Positions 8,939-18,588 of a DNA stretch of 56,666 nt are shown in pieces. Within the stretch, counting starts at the first letter, position 1, and each line of letters begins with the position of its first letter. The notes below the pieces were generated by a model. It was not told where the DNA came from, ran no database searches, and was given only the letters and a program-made list of their open reading frames with translations. This DNA comes from Deltaproteobacteria bacterium (GTDB lineage Bacteria > Bdellovibrionota_C > UBA2361 > SZUA-149 > JAITKM01), in the NCBI GenBank assembly GCA_031278395.1, contig JAITKM010000013.1:1-56666 (forward strand), given 5' to 3'. Made by a program: the position numbers and the translations under genes.

Positions 8939-9453
8939 AATTCATTTTTTAGTTCTTCCACTGCCATTTGCCAGTGTTTTTCTGAATAGCCATGCGGACG
9001 ACCTTCTCGTTCCCAGATTGCATATGCCCGCGCTGATATTTCTTCAGGGGTAGGCTCTTTGGGCGGTTGAGTGGTGTTTTTATCAGGAATCTGAATATAG
9101 ACGTCGTCTGTATTTGAAGGATTATTGCTTGCTGATTTATCTAGTTTATCTTGAGCATTAAGTGTTTTTTGCAAGACTTGTTTGATATTTGTATTTTGGT
9201 AAAGAGATGATTTGATAGCTTTAGATTCCTGACAATCTTCATTTGCTTCTAATTGTTCTAAAACTTCTGATTCTAATTTGGTAGTTTTAGTTTTTTTAGG
9301 CTTATCAGAAATCTCAGTATTCAAACTTTTTTTGCTTGAGGTTTTTTCTTTAGTTAGAATACTTTTTGAGGATTTAGGTTTTGATTCTAATGTCGCGGAT
9401 TTTTTAATTATCGATTTAACAACATTAGATATGTTTTTATTTTTTTCTGCCAT
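8935..9453 (-). CDS. DUF2934-family protein with Lys/Ser-rich N-terminal region
   Basis: 172 aa. The C-terminus ARAYAIWEREGRPHGYSEKHWQMAVEEL matches the DUF2934 signature (AYxIWEREGRPHGxxxxHW). The N-terminal 140 aa are low-complexity and K/S/T-rich. Confidence 0.55.
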   Translation of the reverse strand: MAEKNKNISNVVKSIIKKSATLESKPKSSKSILTKEKTSSKKSLNTEISDKPKKTKTTKLESEVLEQLEANEDCQESKAIKSSLYQNTNIKQVLQKTLNAQDKLDKSASNNPSNTDDVYIQIPDKNTTQPPKEPTPEEISARAYAIWEREGRPHGYSEKHWQMAVEELKNEL

Positions 9454-9934
9454 TGTTGCTCTCTTTTATTTTGTTGCCAAGTTTAACCTAAAAAATACGG
9501 CGAACGTGTATCATAATTTAAGGTGATATAAAAATATCTATAAATTAATGTAGTTATAAAGTGAAAAAAATAGCATGATTAAGCTATGTTAGCAAGCTTT
9601 TGGCTTATATATGCAACTGCTAATTTATTCTGAGTAACCAATTACCGCCCCGCATTTTTTTATTCGCAAAGCAAATAAAAAATATCTTTCAGTCTATTCC
9701 AGGCGGGGAGCTTTAAATCATCCTGACTATTTGTAGTTTTGTCTTTTAATATTCGTCTCCAGATTATCTATAGTTTTTATTTTTTGAGATAAAACCACAA
9801 ATTATCGTGATGTAAATCTTCTTTGTATTTTTTGTCTAACAAAAATGCAGGGTGGTAAATTGTTTAGAGAACGAACGGTTACTTTATATTCGCAACTTGC
9901 AAGATATAAATTTATATGTTAGCGAAAGTCCCCA

Positions 9935-10294
9935 ATGATTAGAAGAAGATTAAAATTTATTGTTAGTGCCATGTTGATTGTATTTTGCCTCAACATATTC
10001 TCTGTGTCGTGTTTGTGTCTAGATGGTTGTTCTTGGCTTAAAATAACATCTAATTTTTGGGACTCTGCTATGGATCAAACTCAAGATTCTGATCACGTCC
10101 ATGCAAATACGACCTTCCATGAGTCTGGCTCTTGCTGTGATGGACATTGCCCAGTTTTAATTACAAAAGCTTTTAATTTTTCCAAAAATTTTTTCAAAAC
10201 AAATTTAGTAAACGTTAATACTTCAATTGTTTTATTCAGTTTCACTCCAAGCATTGAAAAACCTCCACGTCCTTATTCTTATAATACACTGTGA
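9935..10294 (+). CDS. Small Cys/His-rich exported protein (possible metal-binding), hypothetical
   Basis: 119 aa. Hydrophobic N-terminus, then CLCLDGCSW and HESGSCCDGHCP motifs. It lies immediately upstream of a heavy-metal-type efflux pair. Confidence 0.35.
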   Translation: MIRRRLKFIVSAMLIVFCLNIFSVSCLCLDGCSWLKITSNFWDSAMDQTQDSDHVHANTTFHESGSCCDGHCPVLITKAFNFSKNFFKTNLVNVNTSIVLFSFTPSIEKPPRPYSYNTL

Positions 10295-10374
10295 ATAGCT
10301 AAAATACACAAACAGGCAACCACAAAACCACTAGAGAAACCACTAGAGTTGCCTTATAATGAATAAGGAAATAT

Positions 10375-11625
10375 ATGAAATATATCATGACTCTTGCTAT
10401 AAGTATGGCTTTAGCAAGCATCACGCAACTTGCGCAAGCCAGTGAAGGGTGTTCAATAAATCGAGCAAGCGATGTGCTAAATTGCGCTTTAGAACAACAT
10501 CCTAGTCTGTTACAAGCCAAATCTCAAATTTCAATCTCCAGTATCAATCAAGACCTAGCTAACCGCTGGTTAAGCCCAAGTTTGGAAGTTAGTGGTGGAT
10601 ATAACCAAGAAGATGATGATCTCAGAGGTTTTGAAATTGACGTGGCAATTATGCAGCCTCTGGAAACGCTAACTAAGCGCCAAGCCCGTATCAAAAAAGC
10701 TCAAACGGAATTTGCCGCTGCAACAACTAGTTTGGAAGGTCAAAAAGAAATTACGGCATTTCAAGTCATGACACTGCTCAACCGCTTACGGCAAATTGCT
10801 AAAGAAAGAGGCGTGTTAATTGAAATTACAAAAACTTTTTCAGACGTAATTCAGAAATATAAAGCTCGACCAGCCTTAACACCTGAAGATAAAATCTCGC
10901 TAGATTTATTTCAATTTGCTTTTAATAATTACCAGCTTGAGAAAAACCAATTGGCAGTAGAAGAAAAAGGTTATCTTAATAATTTAAAAGCTATCTTAAA
11001 TGTTCCTTTCTCTGTAACTGAAAAAATTTTTTATTATCCGCCACGCCAGTGGCCTACACTAACAAGCATAACTTTGGCTGAAGATAATGTAGATTTAGCT
11101 CAAGAACGAATTAATATTGCACGAGCTAGAGTGGATTTTTTAGAAGCCCAAGCCTCTGCCTTTAGCGGCTTGAGTATTGGTCCATATATTCAAACTCGTC
11201 CGGGTAATGTAGGAAGAATTGACGTATATGGTTTAAAGTTTTCCTTACCACTTCCGCTTTATTCAAATGCTAAACCTGTAACTGCAGGTAATTTAGCAGT
11301 TTGGGCGGCTGAACAAAGTTATGAAGCTAAAAAGCGGGAATTAAGCCACAGTCTAGTAGGACTACAAGAACAATACATCTTAGGCGTTTCAGCTTTAAAA
11401 CAATACGACATTGACAAGATTGAAAAACAACACGCCCAAATAGAAGAGTTGTTTAAAACTGGTCGAGTAAGTGGAGCTTTATTAATTGAAGCCCATCGCC
11501 AGATGTCAGATAATGTCAAAATCTATCATCAGTATGAATTAGACACACTTCAGGCTCTCTGGAAAATTTATGCCGGACAACGCAAACTGCTAAGCTCTTT
11601 AAACGAAGTGTGCTATGAAAAGTAA
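10375..11625 (+). CDS. Outer-membrane efflux protein, TolC/CzcC-CusC family
   Basis: 416 aa. Signal peptide (MKYIMTLAISMALASITQLAQA). The size and two-repeat helical composition fit the OEP family. It lies 13 bp upstream of the RND pump gene. Confidence 0.6.
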   Translation: MKYIMTLAISMALASITQLAQASEGCSINRASDVLNCALEQHPSLLQAKSQISISSINQDLANRWLSPSLEVSGGYNQEDDDLRGFEIDVAIMQPLETLTKRQARIKKAQTEFAAATTSLEGQKEITAFQVMTLLNRLRQIAKERGVLIEITKTFSDVIQKYKARPALTPEDKISLDLFQFAFNNYQLEKNQLAVEEKGYLNNLKAILNVPFSVTEKIFYYPPRQWPTLTSITLAEDNVDLAQERINIARARVDFLEAQASAFSGLSIGPYIQTRPGNVGRIDVYGLKFSLPLPLYSNAKPVTAGNLAVWAAEQSYEAKKRELSHSLVGLQEQYILGVSALKQYDIDKIEKQHAQIEELFKTGRVSGALLIEAHRQMSDNVKIYHQYELDTLQALWKIYAGQRKLLSSLNEVCYEK

Positions 11626-11637
11626 GAGGAATTTATT

Positions 11638-14600
11638 ATGCTAAATCAGATTATAAAGTTTTCTGTCTACCATAAAGGAATAGTTTTTTTTATTACAGGT
11701 TTAGTGATAGTTTGGGGCTTTGTTAGCTTGCTCAAATTGCCAATTGATGCAGTCCCAGACATCACTAATAACCAAGTTCAAATCAATACTGCTGTTGCTG
11801 GTTGGTCAGCCGAAGAAATTGAAAAAATAGTTACCTTTCCAGTTGAATCAGTTGTGCGTGGCATACCAAATGCAAAAGAGATTTTTTCACTTAGTTATTT
11901 AGGTTTATCGCAAGTTACGATTATTTTTGATGATAGCATGGACATATATCGGGCGCGGCAATTAGTAGCTGAACGTCTACAAACAATTGCCGTGGATTTA
12001 CCAGAAGGCGCTAAACCGCAACTAGGACCAATTAGCACAGGATTGGGAGAAATTTATCAATATGTTTTGGAATTTAAAAATATTGCGACAGATAACGAGG
12101 AGCGTTTTAAACAATTAGTAGAACTGCGAACTACGCAGGATTGGTTTGTTAAACCGCGCTTGATTGGTATTACTGGTGTGGCTGAAGTCAATACTATTGG
12201 TGGCTATGAACGGCAAATTTATATTGTTCCAGATCCGAAAAAATTATCAGATTACGGTATTTCTTTTGCAGATGTTAAAAACGCGGTTAAGAACGCGACA
12301 CAAAATATAGGCGGCGGATATATTGAACAAAGCTCTGAACAATTTGTGGTGCAGGCAGTTGGTTTTTTAAAAGATAAAAATGATATTTTAGATTTACCGA
12401 TTAAGACTTTGCCGAATTTTCAAACTATCAGTGTTAGGGATGTAGCCGAGGTGCAAGAAGGTAAAGAAAACCGCAGTGGAGCCGCGACCTATAACGGGCG
12501 TGAAGCCGTGCTCGGAACAGCTATGATGATGACTGGAGCCAACAGTCGAACTGTTGCCCTACGCATAGAAGAACGAATTGAGGAAATTGCTAAAACACTT
12601 CCTGCGGCAATGGAAATTATCCCCCTCTATAGTCGTTCAGATTTGGTGAATGCGACAATTAATACGGTTTGGCACAACATTTTAACTGGCGCTTGTTTAG
12701 TGATTGTAATTTTGTTTTTACTAGTTGGAAATTTGCGTGCAGCATTTATCACCGCGTTGGCAATTCCGTTGGCGCTACTGATTACTATTATTAGTATGCA
12801 AGCTTTGAATATTTCGGGTAATTTAATGAGCCTAGGCGCACTAGATTTTGGAATTATTATTGATGGGGTGGTGATTGTAGTTGATCATTGTTTGCGCAAA
12901 ATTAAAGAAAAAATCGGTGAAACTAAACTGGTTTTAACTCAGGCAGAAATTGATAGTTTCGTGCTAGACGCTACCACTGAAATTAGAACTGCGGCTGGTT
13001 TTGGACAATTGATTTTGGTGGTTGTCTTTTTGCCAATTTTTGCCTTAGTTGGAATTGAAGCTAAAACATTTCAACCTATGGCAACCACATTCATCAGCGC
13101 TTTACTAGGAGCTTTGTTATTATCCTTGACCTTAACGCCAGCTTTAATTGCCACGCTACTACGCAAAAATTATGCGGAGCAGAAATCGTACTTAATGTCG
13201 TTTTTAGAACAGATGTATCAAAAAATTATTACAAGTGTTTTAAAGAGATCGTCTTTGATTATTACTGGCTCGGCAGTCCTGATTGGTTTAGCGGTTGGAT
13301 TAGTTAATTTTTTTGGCGCGGAGTTTTTACCCCAATTAAAAGAGGGAGCATTGGCCTTTCATATAATTCGCCCGCAAAATGTGTCTTTAACACTTAGCGT
13401 TGATTTGCAAGGTAAAGCTGAAAAAATTATTTTGGAATATCCCGAAGTGTCCCATGTTTTTTCGCGTATTGGAACTGCGGAAGTGGCTACTGATCCAATG
13501 GGTATACATGTTTCGGATACTTACATTATTCTTAAAAATTTTGGTAAGGGGTTAGATTTTGATAAGTTTTCCGAAGAGTTAATGGAGCATTTGAAAACTG
13601 CTTTGCCAGCAATGACCTATCTAGCTTCACAACCAATTCAGATGCGTTTTAATGAATTACTAGAAGGCTCTCGTGCAGATTTAACAATTAAAATTTTTGG
13701 TGATGATTTGCAAGAATTAGAAAAAATAGGTGAACAAGTAGAAGAGTTGATTAAGCCTATTTCACCAACTAGTGATATTGAATTGGATAAAACGGGTAAT
13801 TTTCCGGTTTGGACGATTGAACCGAATTTACGAGCTTTACAAAGATATGGTGTAAGTAAAGCGGCTGTCTTAGAGTTAGTCTCTTTGGCTTTAGCTGGAG
13901 AACCAGTTGGTTATTTCTTTGATAAAGATAAGCGTTTTCCAATTATGATTCGCTTAAACGAAGAGACTCGCCAAAATTTGGAGGTTATTAAAAAACTGCC
14001 TGTGCCGTTGTTTGCGGATACGATTGTGCCGCTGGAAGAAATTGCAACGGTTGGGTTTAAAGAAACCTATAGCGCAATTAATCGTGATAATGGGTATAGG
14101 CGGGCTACAATTATGGTTAATATTCGTGGGCTGGATACCAAAACTTTTGTTGAGAAAGTACAAAAGTTAGTGGCAGAAAAAATTAAGTTGCCTGAAGGAT
14201 ATTTTATTGAATGGGGAGGGCAATACAATAATTTGCAGGAAGCAACAGCGCGTTTTGCAATTTTAATACCATTTACGCTTTTAATTGTCTTTTTTATGAT
14301 TTTTATGGCTTTTAAAAGCGTGAAGAAAACATTGTTAATTTTTGTTGGTATTCCGTTTGCGCTGCTTGGAGGGATTTTGAGTCTATTTTTTGTGGGCTTG
14401 CCATTTAGTATTTCGGCAGCAGTTGGTTTTATTGCGTTGTTAGGGATAGCAGTTTTAAATGGTATTGTTTTGTTGAACGGTTTTAGTAGTGGTGCGTATC
14501 AGAGTTTGCCTTTGCAAGAAAAGATAGTTAAAGGGTCAACGTCGCGTCTGCGTCCAGTCTTAATGACTGCTTTGGCAGATATTCTAGGTTTTATTCCGAT

Positions 14601-14742
14601 GGCTCTTTCGATGGGAATAGGTTCGGAAGTTCAACGCCCGCTAGCAGTGGTGATTATCGGAGGTATTATCACATCCACAGCTTTAACCTTGATTGTTTTA
14701 CCAACAATTTATTATCGTTGGTATAAACATTTTGAGAAATAA
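11638..14742 (+). CDS. CusA/CzcA-family heavy-metal efflux RND transporter permease
   Basis: 1034 aa. 12-TM RND architecture with two large periplasmic loops. Strong family-level similarity, for example GGYERQIYIVPDPKKL and VGIPFALLGGILSLFFVGLPFSISAAVGFIALLGIAVLNGIVL. Confidence 0.9.
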   Translation: MLNQIIKFSVYHKGIVFFITGLVIVWGFVSLLKLPIDAVPDITNNQVQINTAVAGWSAEEIEKIVTFPVESVVRGIPNAKEIFSLSYLGLSQVTIIFDDSMDIYRARQLVAERLQTIAVDLPEGAKPQLGPISTGLGEIYQYVLEFKNIATDNEERFKQLVELRTTQDWFVKPRLIGITGVAEVNTIGGYERQIYIVPDPKKLSDYGISFADVKNAVKNATQNIGGGYIEQSSEQFVVQAVGFLKDKNDILDLPIKTLPNFQTISVRDVAEVQEGKENRSGAATYNGREAVLGTAMMMTGANSRTVALRIEERIEEIAKTLPAAMEIIPLYSRSDLVNATINTVWHNILTGACLVIVILFLLVGNLRAAFITALAIPLALLITIISMQALNISGNLMSLGALDFGIIIDGVVIVVDHCLRKIKEKIGETKLVLTQAEIDSFVLDATTEIRTAAGFGQLILVVVFLPIFALVGIEAKTFQPMATTFISALLGALLLSLTLTPALIATLLRKNYAEQKSYLMSFLEQMYQKIITSVLKRSSLIITGSAVLIGLAVGLVNFFGAEFLPQLKEGALAFHIIRPQNVSLTLSVDLQGKAEKIILEYPEVSHVFSRIGTAEVATDPMGIHVSDTYIILKNFGKGLDFDKFSEELMEHLKTALPAMTYLASQPIQMRFNELLEGSRADLTIKIFGDDLQELEKIGEQVEELIKPISPTSDIELDKTGNFPVWTIEPNLRALQRYGVSKAAVLELVSLALAGEPVGYFFDKDKRFPIMIRLNEETRQNLEVIKKLPVPLFADTIVPLEEIATVGFKETYSAINRDNGYRRATIMVNIRGLDTKTFVEKVQKLVAEKIKLPEGYFIEWGGQYNNLQEATARFAILIPFTLLIVFFMIFMAFKSVKKTLLIFVGIPFALLGGILSLFFVGLPFSISAAVGFIALLGIAVLNGIVLLNGFSSGAYQSLPLQEKIVKGSTSRLRPVLMTALADILGFIPMALSMGIGSEVQRPLAVVIIGGIITSTALTLIVLPTIYYRWYKHFEK

Positions 14743-14838
14743 GTAACTATTCATTATTTGCTATGGACAAAAAATATTAATTAGTTTAGTAGCGTCCCGC
14801 GTTACAAAAAATATATTAAATATGTGGAGAACTAAAAA

Positions 14839-15435
14839 ATGAATTTTTTAAGATTTTTTGTTTTGAGTGTTGTCATAGTTACTGGCTTAAGCGCTTGTTC
14901 AACTTTTGATTCAAAATCTAACTTTGCAGCGGGACAACAGATTGCAATTGATGTTTTTGCAGGACGCGGTTTTCTTAGTGGCACAAGCTACGAAAGGTAT
15001 TATTTAGATAATAATGTGCTTTGGCGTGAATGTGGTAATGTTACCAGAGAAGATAACAAGAAATCGCCAGATATGTTACCAGCCTTTGCATATCATCCTA
15101 ATTTAAAATTAACTAATACAGGTAAAGAGATTTTAACTGACAAAGAATTTGACAAAATTGCTAATGTAGCAGTTGAGTTATTTAATGATATTTCAACTCG
15201 CGATAAAGAGGATTTACCAGAACCAGAGTCATTGTTTTCTCTTTCTAATGCAGGAGTTTTTGAAATTCGCATAACTTATAATGGTAATGATAAATCTTTG
15301 GTTACTTCATTAGATGGTATTAATGAGGGGAAATTAATTCGCCAAAAAACAGCCCGTAATCTGTTCACTTTAATTCGTGGTGTCGGTCCTGTAATCTGTA
15401 GTTCACAAACTTTTTTTGGGATTGAAAGACGCTAG
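14839..15435 (+). CDS. Lipoprotein (hypothetical)
   Basis: 198 aa. Signal peptide with lipobox LSAC. No recognisable catalytic motifs. Confidence 0.5.
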   Translation: MNFLRFFVLSVVIVTGLSACSTFDSKSNFAAGQQIAIDVFAGRGFLSGTSYERYYLDNNVLWRECGNVTREDNKKSPDMLPAFAYHPNLKLTNTGKEILTDKEFDKIANVAVELFNDISTRDKEDLPEPESLFSLSNAGVFEIRITYNGNDKSLVTSLDGINEGKLIRQKTARNLFTLIRGVGPVICSSQTFFGIERR

Positions 15436-15628
15436 ATTATTTGTGGCATTGATTCATTGAGTATAAAGAGTCTTAAAAAAGACTGCTAACTAACGGCAAT
15501 CTGCTATGATTTTTCAGATTTGCATCTTGGCTTCATATAATGTATTGAAGGTCGTTTTATTTCTGAATTAGAATTCCAGATTAGAAAGATAGTTTACGAG
15601 AGTTACTTAGTAAATATAAACAAAAGTT

Positions 15629-16711
15629 ATGAAATCAATTTTAATTACAGGTGGTGCAGGATTTATTGGTTCTAATTTTGTGCCGTATTTTTTGAATAAA
15701 TACCCCGATTACAGAATTATCAATTTAGACAAACTGACATATGCTGGAAGTTTGGATAACCTTCAAGAGTTAAACTCTTTAGTTAAACCGACGGACTCGC
15801 CTAAAGTCGTGAGATTGGCGAATTACGTCTTTATTCAAGGCGATATTTGTAATTTTGAGTTGGTGAGTAGTATTTTTGAGGCATATGATATTCGTGGAGT
15901 AATTCATTTTGCCGCGGAAAGCCATGTCGATAATTCTATTAATAATCCTAGAGTTTTTGTAGAAACTAATGTCGTAGGGACTTTTAATTTGCTCCAAGCC
16001 GCATATAAACACTGGATGGGACAACCAGGTCAATATAAAGCTGATTATGAAAATTGTCGTTTTCATAATGTTTCAACTGATGAAGTCTACGGGTCGTTAG
16101 ATATTTTACCTGACGTATCTAGTTGGACAGAAAACTCAAAATACGCGCCTAATTCGCCGTATGCTGCTACTAAAGCTGCGGCTGATTTTTTAGCGCGCAG
16201 CTATTATCAGACTTACGGTATAAATATTACAACTTCTAACTGTTCTAATAATTATGGTCCAAAGCAACATTCTGAAAAATTAATTCCGACGATTATTCGT
16301 AAATGCTTAGCCGGTGAGGCGATTCCAATTTATGGTAAGGGTGAAAATGTGCGAGATTGGCTTTATGTTTTAGATCACTGTAAAGCCATAGATTTGATTT
16401 TTCATAAAGGGCGAACGGGCGAAACTTATAATGTGGGTGGGGTTAATGAGAAAAACAATTTAGAGGTAGTGCAGATAGTATGTGAGCTTTTAGATAATAA
16501 ATTGCCAAGAGCTGCTGGTAAATATAGCGATTTAATTATCTTTGTCGCAGACAGACCGGGGCATGATTTACATTATGCAATTGATGCTACTAAACTTAAA
16601 ACTGAACTGGGGTGGCAAGCTAAAGAAAGTTTTGAGACTGGTATGGCTAAAACTCTTGATTGGTATCTCGAGGCATTACATGCCACGCCTCAGCTAGAAC
16701 GTGTCATATGA
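15629..16711 (+). CDS. rmlB: dTDP-glucose 4,6-dehydratase
   Basis: 360 aa. N-terminal Rossmann GGAGFIGSNF, the short-chain dehydrogenase catalytic region YAATKAAADFL (YxxxK), and overall RmlB-like sequence. Confidence 0.9.
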   Translation: MKSILITGGAGFIGSNFVPYFLNKYPDYRIINLDKLTYAGSLDNLQELNSLVKPTDSPKVVRLANYVFIQGDICNFELVSSIFEAYDIRGVIHFAAESHVDNSINNPRVFVETNVVGTFNLLQAAYKHWMGQPGQYKADYENCRFHNVSTDEVYGSLDILPDVSSWTENSKYAPNSPYAATKAAADFLARSYYQTYGINITTSNCSNNYGPKQHSEKLIPTIIRKCLAGEAIPIYGKGENVRDWLYVLDHCKAIDLIFHKGRTGETYNVGGVNEKNNLEVVQIVCELLDNKLPRAAGKYSDLIIFVADRPGHDLHYAIDATKLKTELGWQAKESFETGMAKTLDWYLEALHATPQLERVI

Positions 16712-17499
16712 AAATAGCTGTTCATCTGCATCTATATTATTTAGAGCAACTGCCGAGGTTCTTAAAAAAATTAAAAAATCTTCCAGCTAATTCTTACGAT
16801 TTATTTGTAACCATGGTTAGTTCAAATAAAATGATAGAACAAGCCGTCCTTTCTTTTAATCCAAAAGCTAAAATTATTTTTGTTCCTAATCGAGGCTTTG
16901 ATGTGGGTCCGTTTATATTTGTGTTAAGCCAGATAGAATTAGAGGCTTACGATTATGTGCTCAAGATTCACACTAAGAATTGGAATTGGCGTTATTTAAC
17001 TAGGTTAAATAACGTCTGGTTTAATCACAAAAATTGGTCGCGTTTATTAATTAATTCTTTATTAAAGAGCAAAGCAGTTGTTGCAAGAAATTTAAAGCTC
17101 TTTGAAAACAATCCGCAGATTGGCATGTTAGCTTCTAGTTATTGTATAACTGACGAGGATTTTTGTTATCAAGGTTTGTTGAATTTTATAAATTCGGAGT
17201 TAAAAAAAATTAATTATAGCAACGTGATGCCGTTACCTTTTGTGGCAGGCACAATGTTTATGGTGCGGGCAAAATTATTAAAACCATTGCAAGGTAAATA
17301 TAACATAGAGGATTTCGATTTTTCTTCCACTATAATTAAAGATTATACGTTAGCACATGCCTTAGAAAGGATGTTTGGTATTTTAGTTCAACTCCAGGGG
17401 TTTGAGATACAAGGTGTTAAGTATGACAAACCAGATATGTATATAGCGCTAGCGCTAAAGTCAAAAGAGGTAATACAGCGTGTTTTCTCTTTTTCCTAG
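16708..17499 (+). CDS. Rhamnan-synthesis-F (RgpF/WsaF)-like glycosyltransferase family protein
   Basis: Likely starts at ATG 16708 (MKIAVHLHLYYLEQL...), overlapping the rmlB stop (ATGA). The HLHLYY...YDLFVT pattern resembles the Rhamnan_synth_F family. The ORF-track start at 16660 overlaps rmlB and is unlikely. Confidence 0.5.
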   Translation: MKIAVHLHLYYLEQLPRFLKKLKNLPANSYDLFVTMVSSNKMIEQAVLSFNPKAKIIFVPNRGFDVGPFIFVLSQIELEAYDYVLKIHTKNWNWRYLTRLNNVWFNHKNWSRLLINSLLKSKAVVARNLKLFENNPQIGMLASSYCITDEDFCYQGLLNFINSELKKINYSNVMPLPFVAGTMFMVRAKLLKPLQGKYNIEDFDFSSTIIKDYTLAHALERMFGILVQLQGFEIQGVKYDKPDMYIALALKSKEVIQRVFSFS

Positions 17500-17688
17500 C
17501 CTTTTCCTAGTGCATGGTTCATGTAGTAATAAAACAGGAAATACAAACAAAATAACCCTGCCCCAAGTGGTTAGGGTGAGCCCTGCACTTTCTGTTTTTT
17601 TCTCTTTCGGTTTTTTCTGGCACCACTATAGATGATAGCACAGCCAGGATTGGGCTGTGCTACACACAAAAAAAGTCGTCTCAACTTT

Positions 17689-18384
17689 TTAAGCGGCGTG
17701 TTTTATATTAGGGTTAGGTTTGCCTTTCTTTTTGCTTTTCGTGATTTTTTCTCCGCTAAGCCCTTTGTATTCATTATAAGTCTGAAATAATCTTTTTTTG
17801 AGCATGAGACGTGAACGATGAAGTCGAGACTTTATCGCTGGAATACCAATATTTAGAATGGCACTGACCTCTTTATTAGAGAGTTCGTCAATGTCTCGCA
17901 AAATATAAACTGCCCTGTAATCTGGTGGTAGTTTCGCAATTGCATTTTCTAAATTAGAACGTATGTCGCTGAAATTTATTTCAGCTTCAGCAGAATTAGT
18001 AGTATTTAATAATTCTGTATTATCCTTGTTTAAAATAATATCATCTAATGAAATGTAACGTTCTTGTCTGCGTTTTCTTAATTTCATAAAAGCTGAATTG
18101 GCAGCTACTCTATAAAGCCAGCTTGAAAATTTAGACTTGCCTTCAAAACTATCTATCTTACGATAGACCGTAATAAATACGTCTTGCAAAACTTCCTCAG
18201 CGTCTTCTTTGTTTTTTGTTAAACGTAAAGCCAAACTAAAAACTTTAGCTTTATAACGGTCAACTAAATCGTGAAAGCTAAGTTCAGAGCCTTTAACAAA
18301 ATTAATAATTAGTTCTTCGTCAGTAAGTTCAAGATTAGTTATAGTTGTAGTTAAATTTCTAGTTGTTTCTGAACTTGTTTCCAT
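17689..18384 (-). CDS. RNA polymerase sigma-70 family ECF sigma factor
   Basis: 231 aa. Region 2 (VFITVYRKIDSFEGKSKFSSWLYRVAANSAFMKLRKRRQ) and region 4.2 HTH (LSNKEVSAILNIGIPAIKSRLHRSRLMLKK). Lys-rich C-terminal tail. No adjacent anti-sigma gene. Confidence 0.85.
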   Translation of the reverse strand: METSSETTRNLTTTITNLELTDEELIINFVKGSELSFHDLVDRYKAKVFSLALRLTKNKEDAEEVLQDVFITVYRKIDSFEGKSKFSSWLYRVAANSAFMKLRKRRQERYISLDDIILNKDNTELLNTTNSAEAEINFSDIRSNLENAIAKLPPDYRAVYILRDIDELSNKEVSAILNIGIPAIKSRLHRSRLMLKKRLFQTYNEYKGLSGEKITKSKKKGKPNPNIKHAA

Positions 18385-18588
18385 CTGTTGAAATCCTTTT
18401 ACTTTAGCGCCACTTCGTTAATATTTACAGCCAAACAACTTCATTGTGTTTGGGCTTGTAATTTATTTTAGGAACAGAGTTGCCATAGAATTGTAAAAGA
18501 TTTCACACGCTTTGTAATAAGAAGGTAAAATGTTATTCTGGTAGATAACCATTTATGAGGGCTGAAGTAGTTACAAAATAATTATCAA

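Noticed and set aside
9843-9860. Shared 13-mer CAAAAATGCAGGG with the 28-bp palindrome arm (29948-29960)
   Set aside because: An exact 13-mer match is expected by chance many times in 56 kb of AT-rich sequence, so it is not evidence of relatedness.
17540-17600. Possible SRP/4.5S RNA because of GGTTAGGGTGAGCCCTGCAC
   Set aside because: It lacks the conserved GGAAGGAAGCAGC domain-IV motif. It is more parsimoniously a degenerate element terminus (AATAACCCTGCCCC) in a convergent intergenic region.
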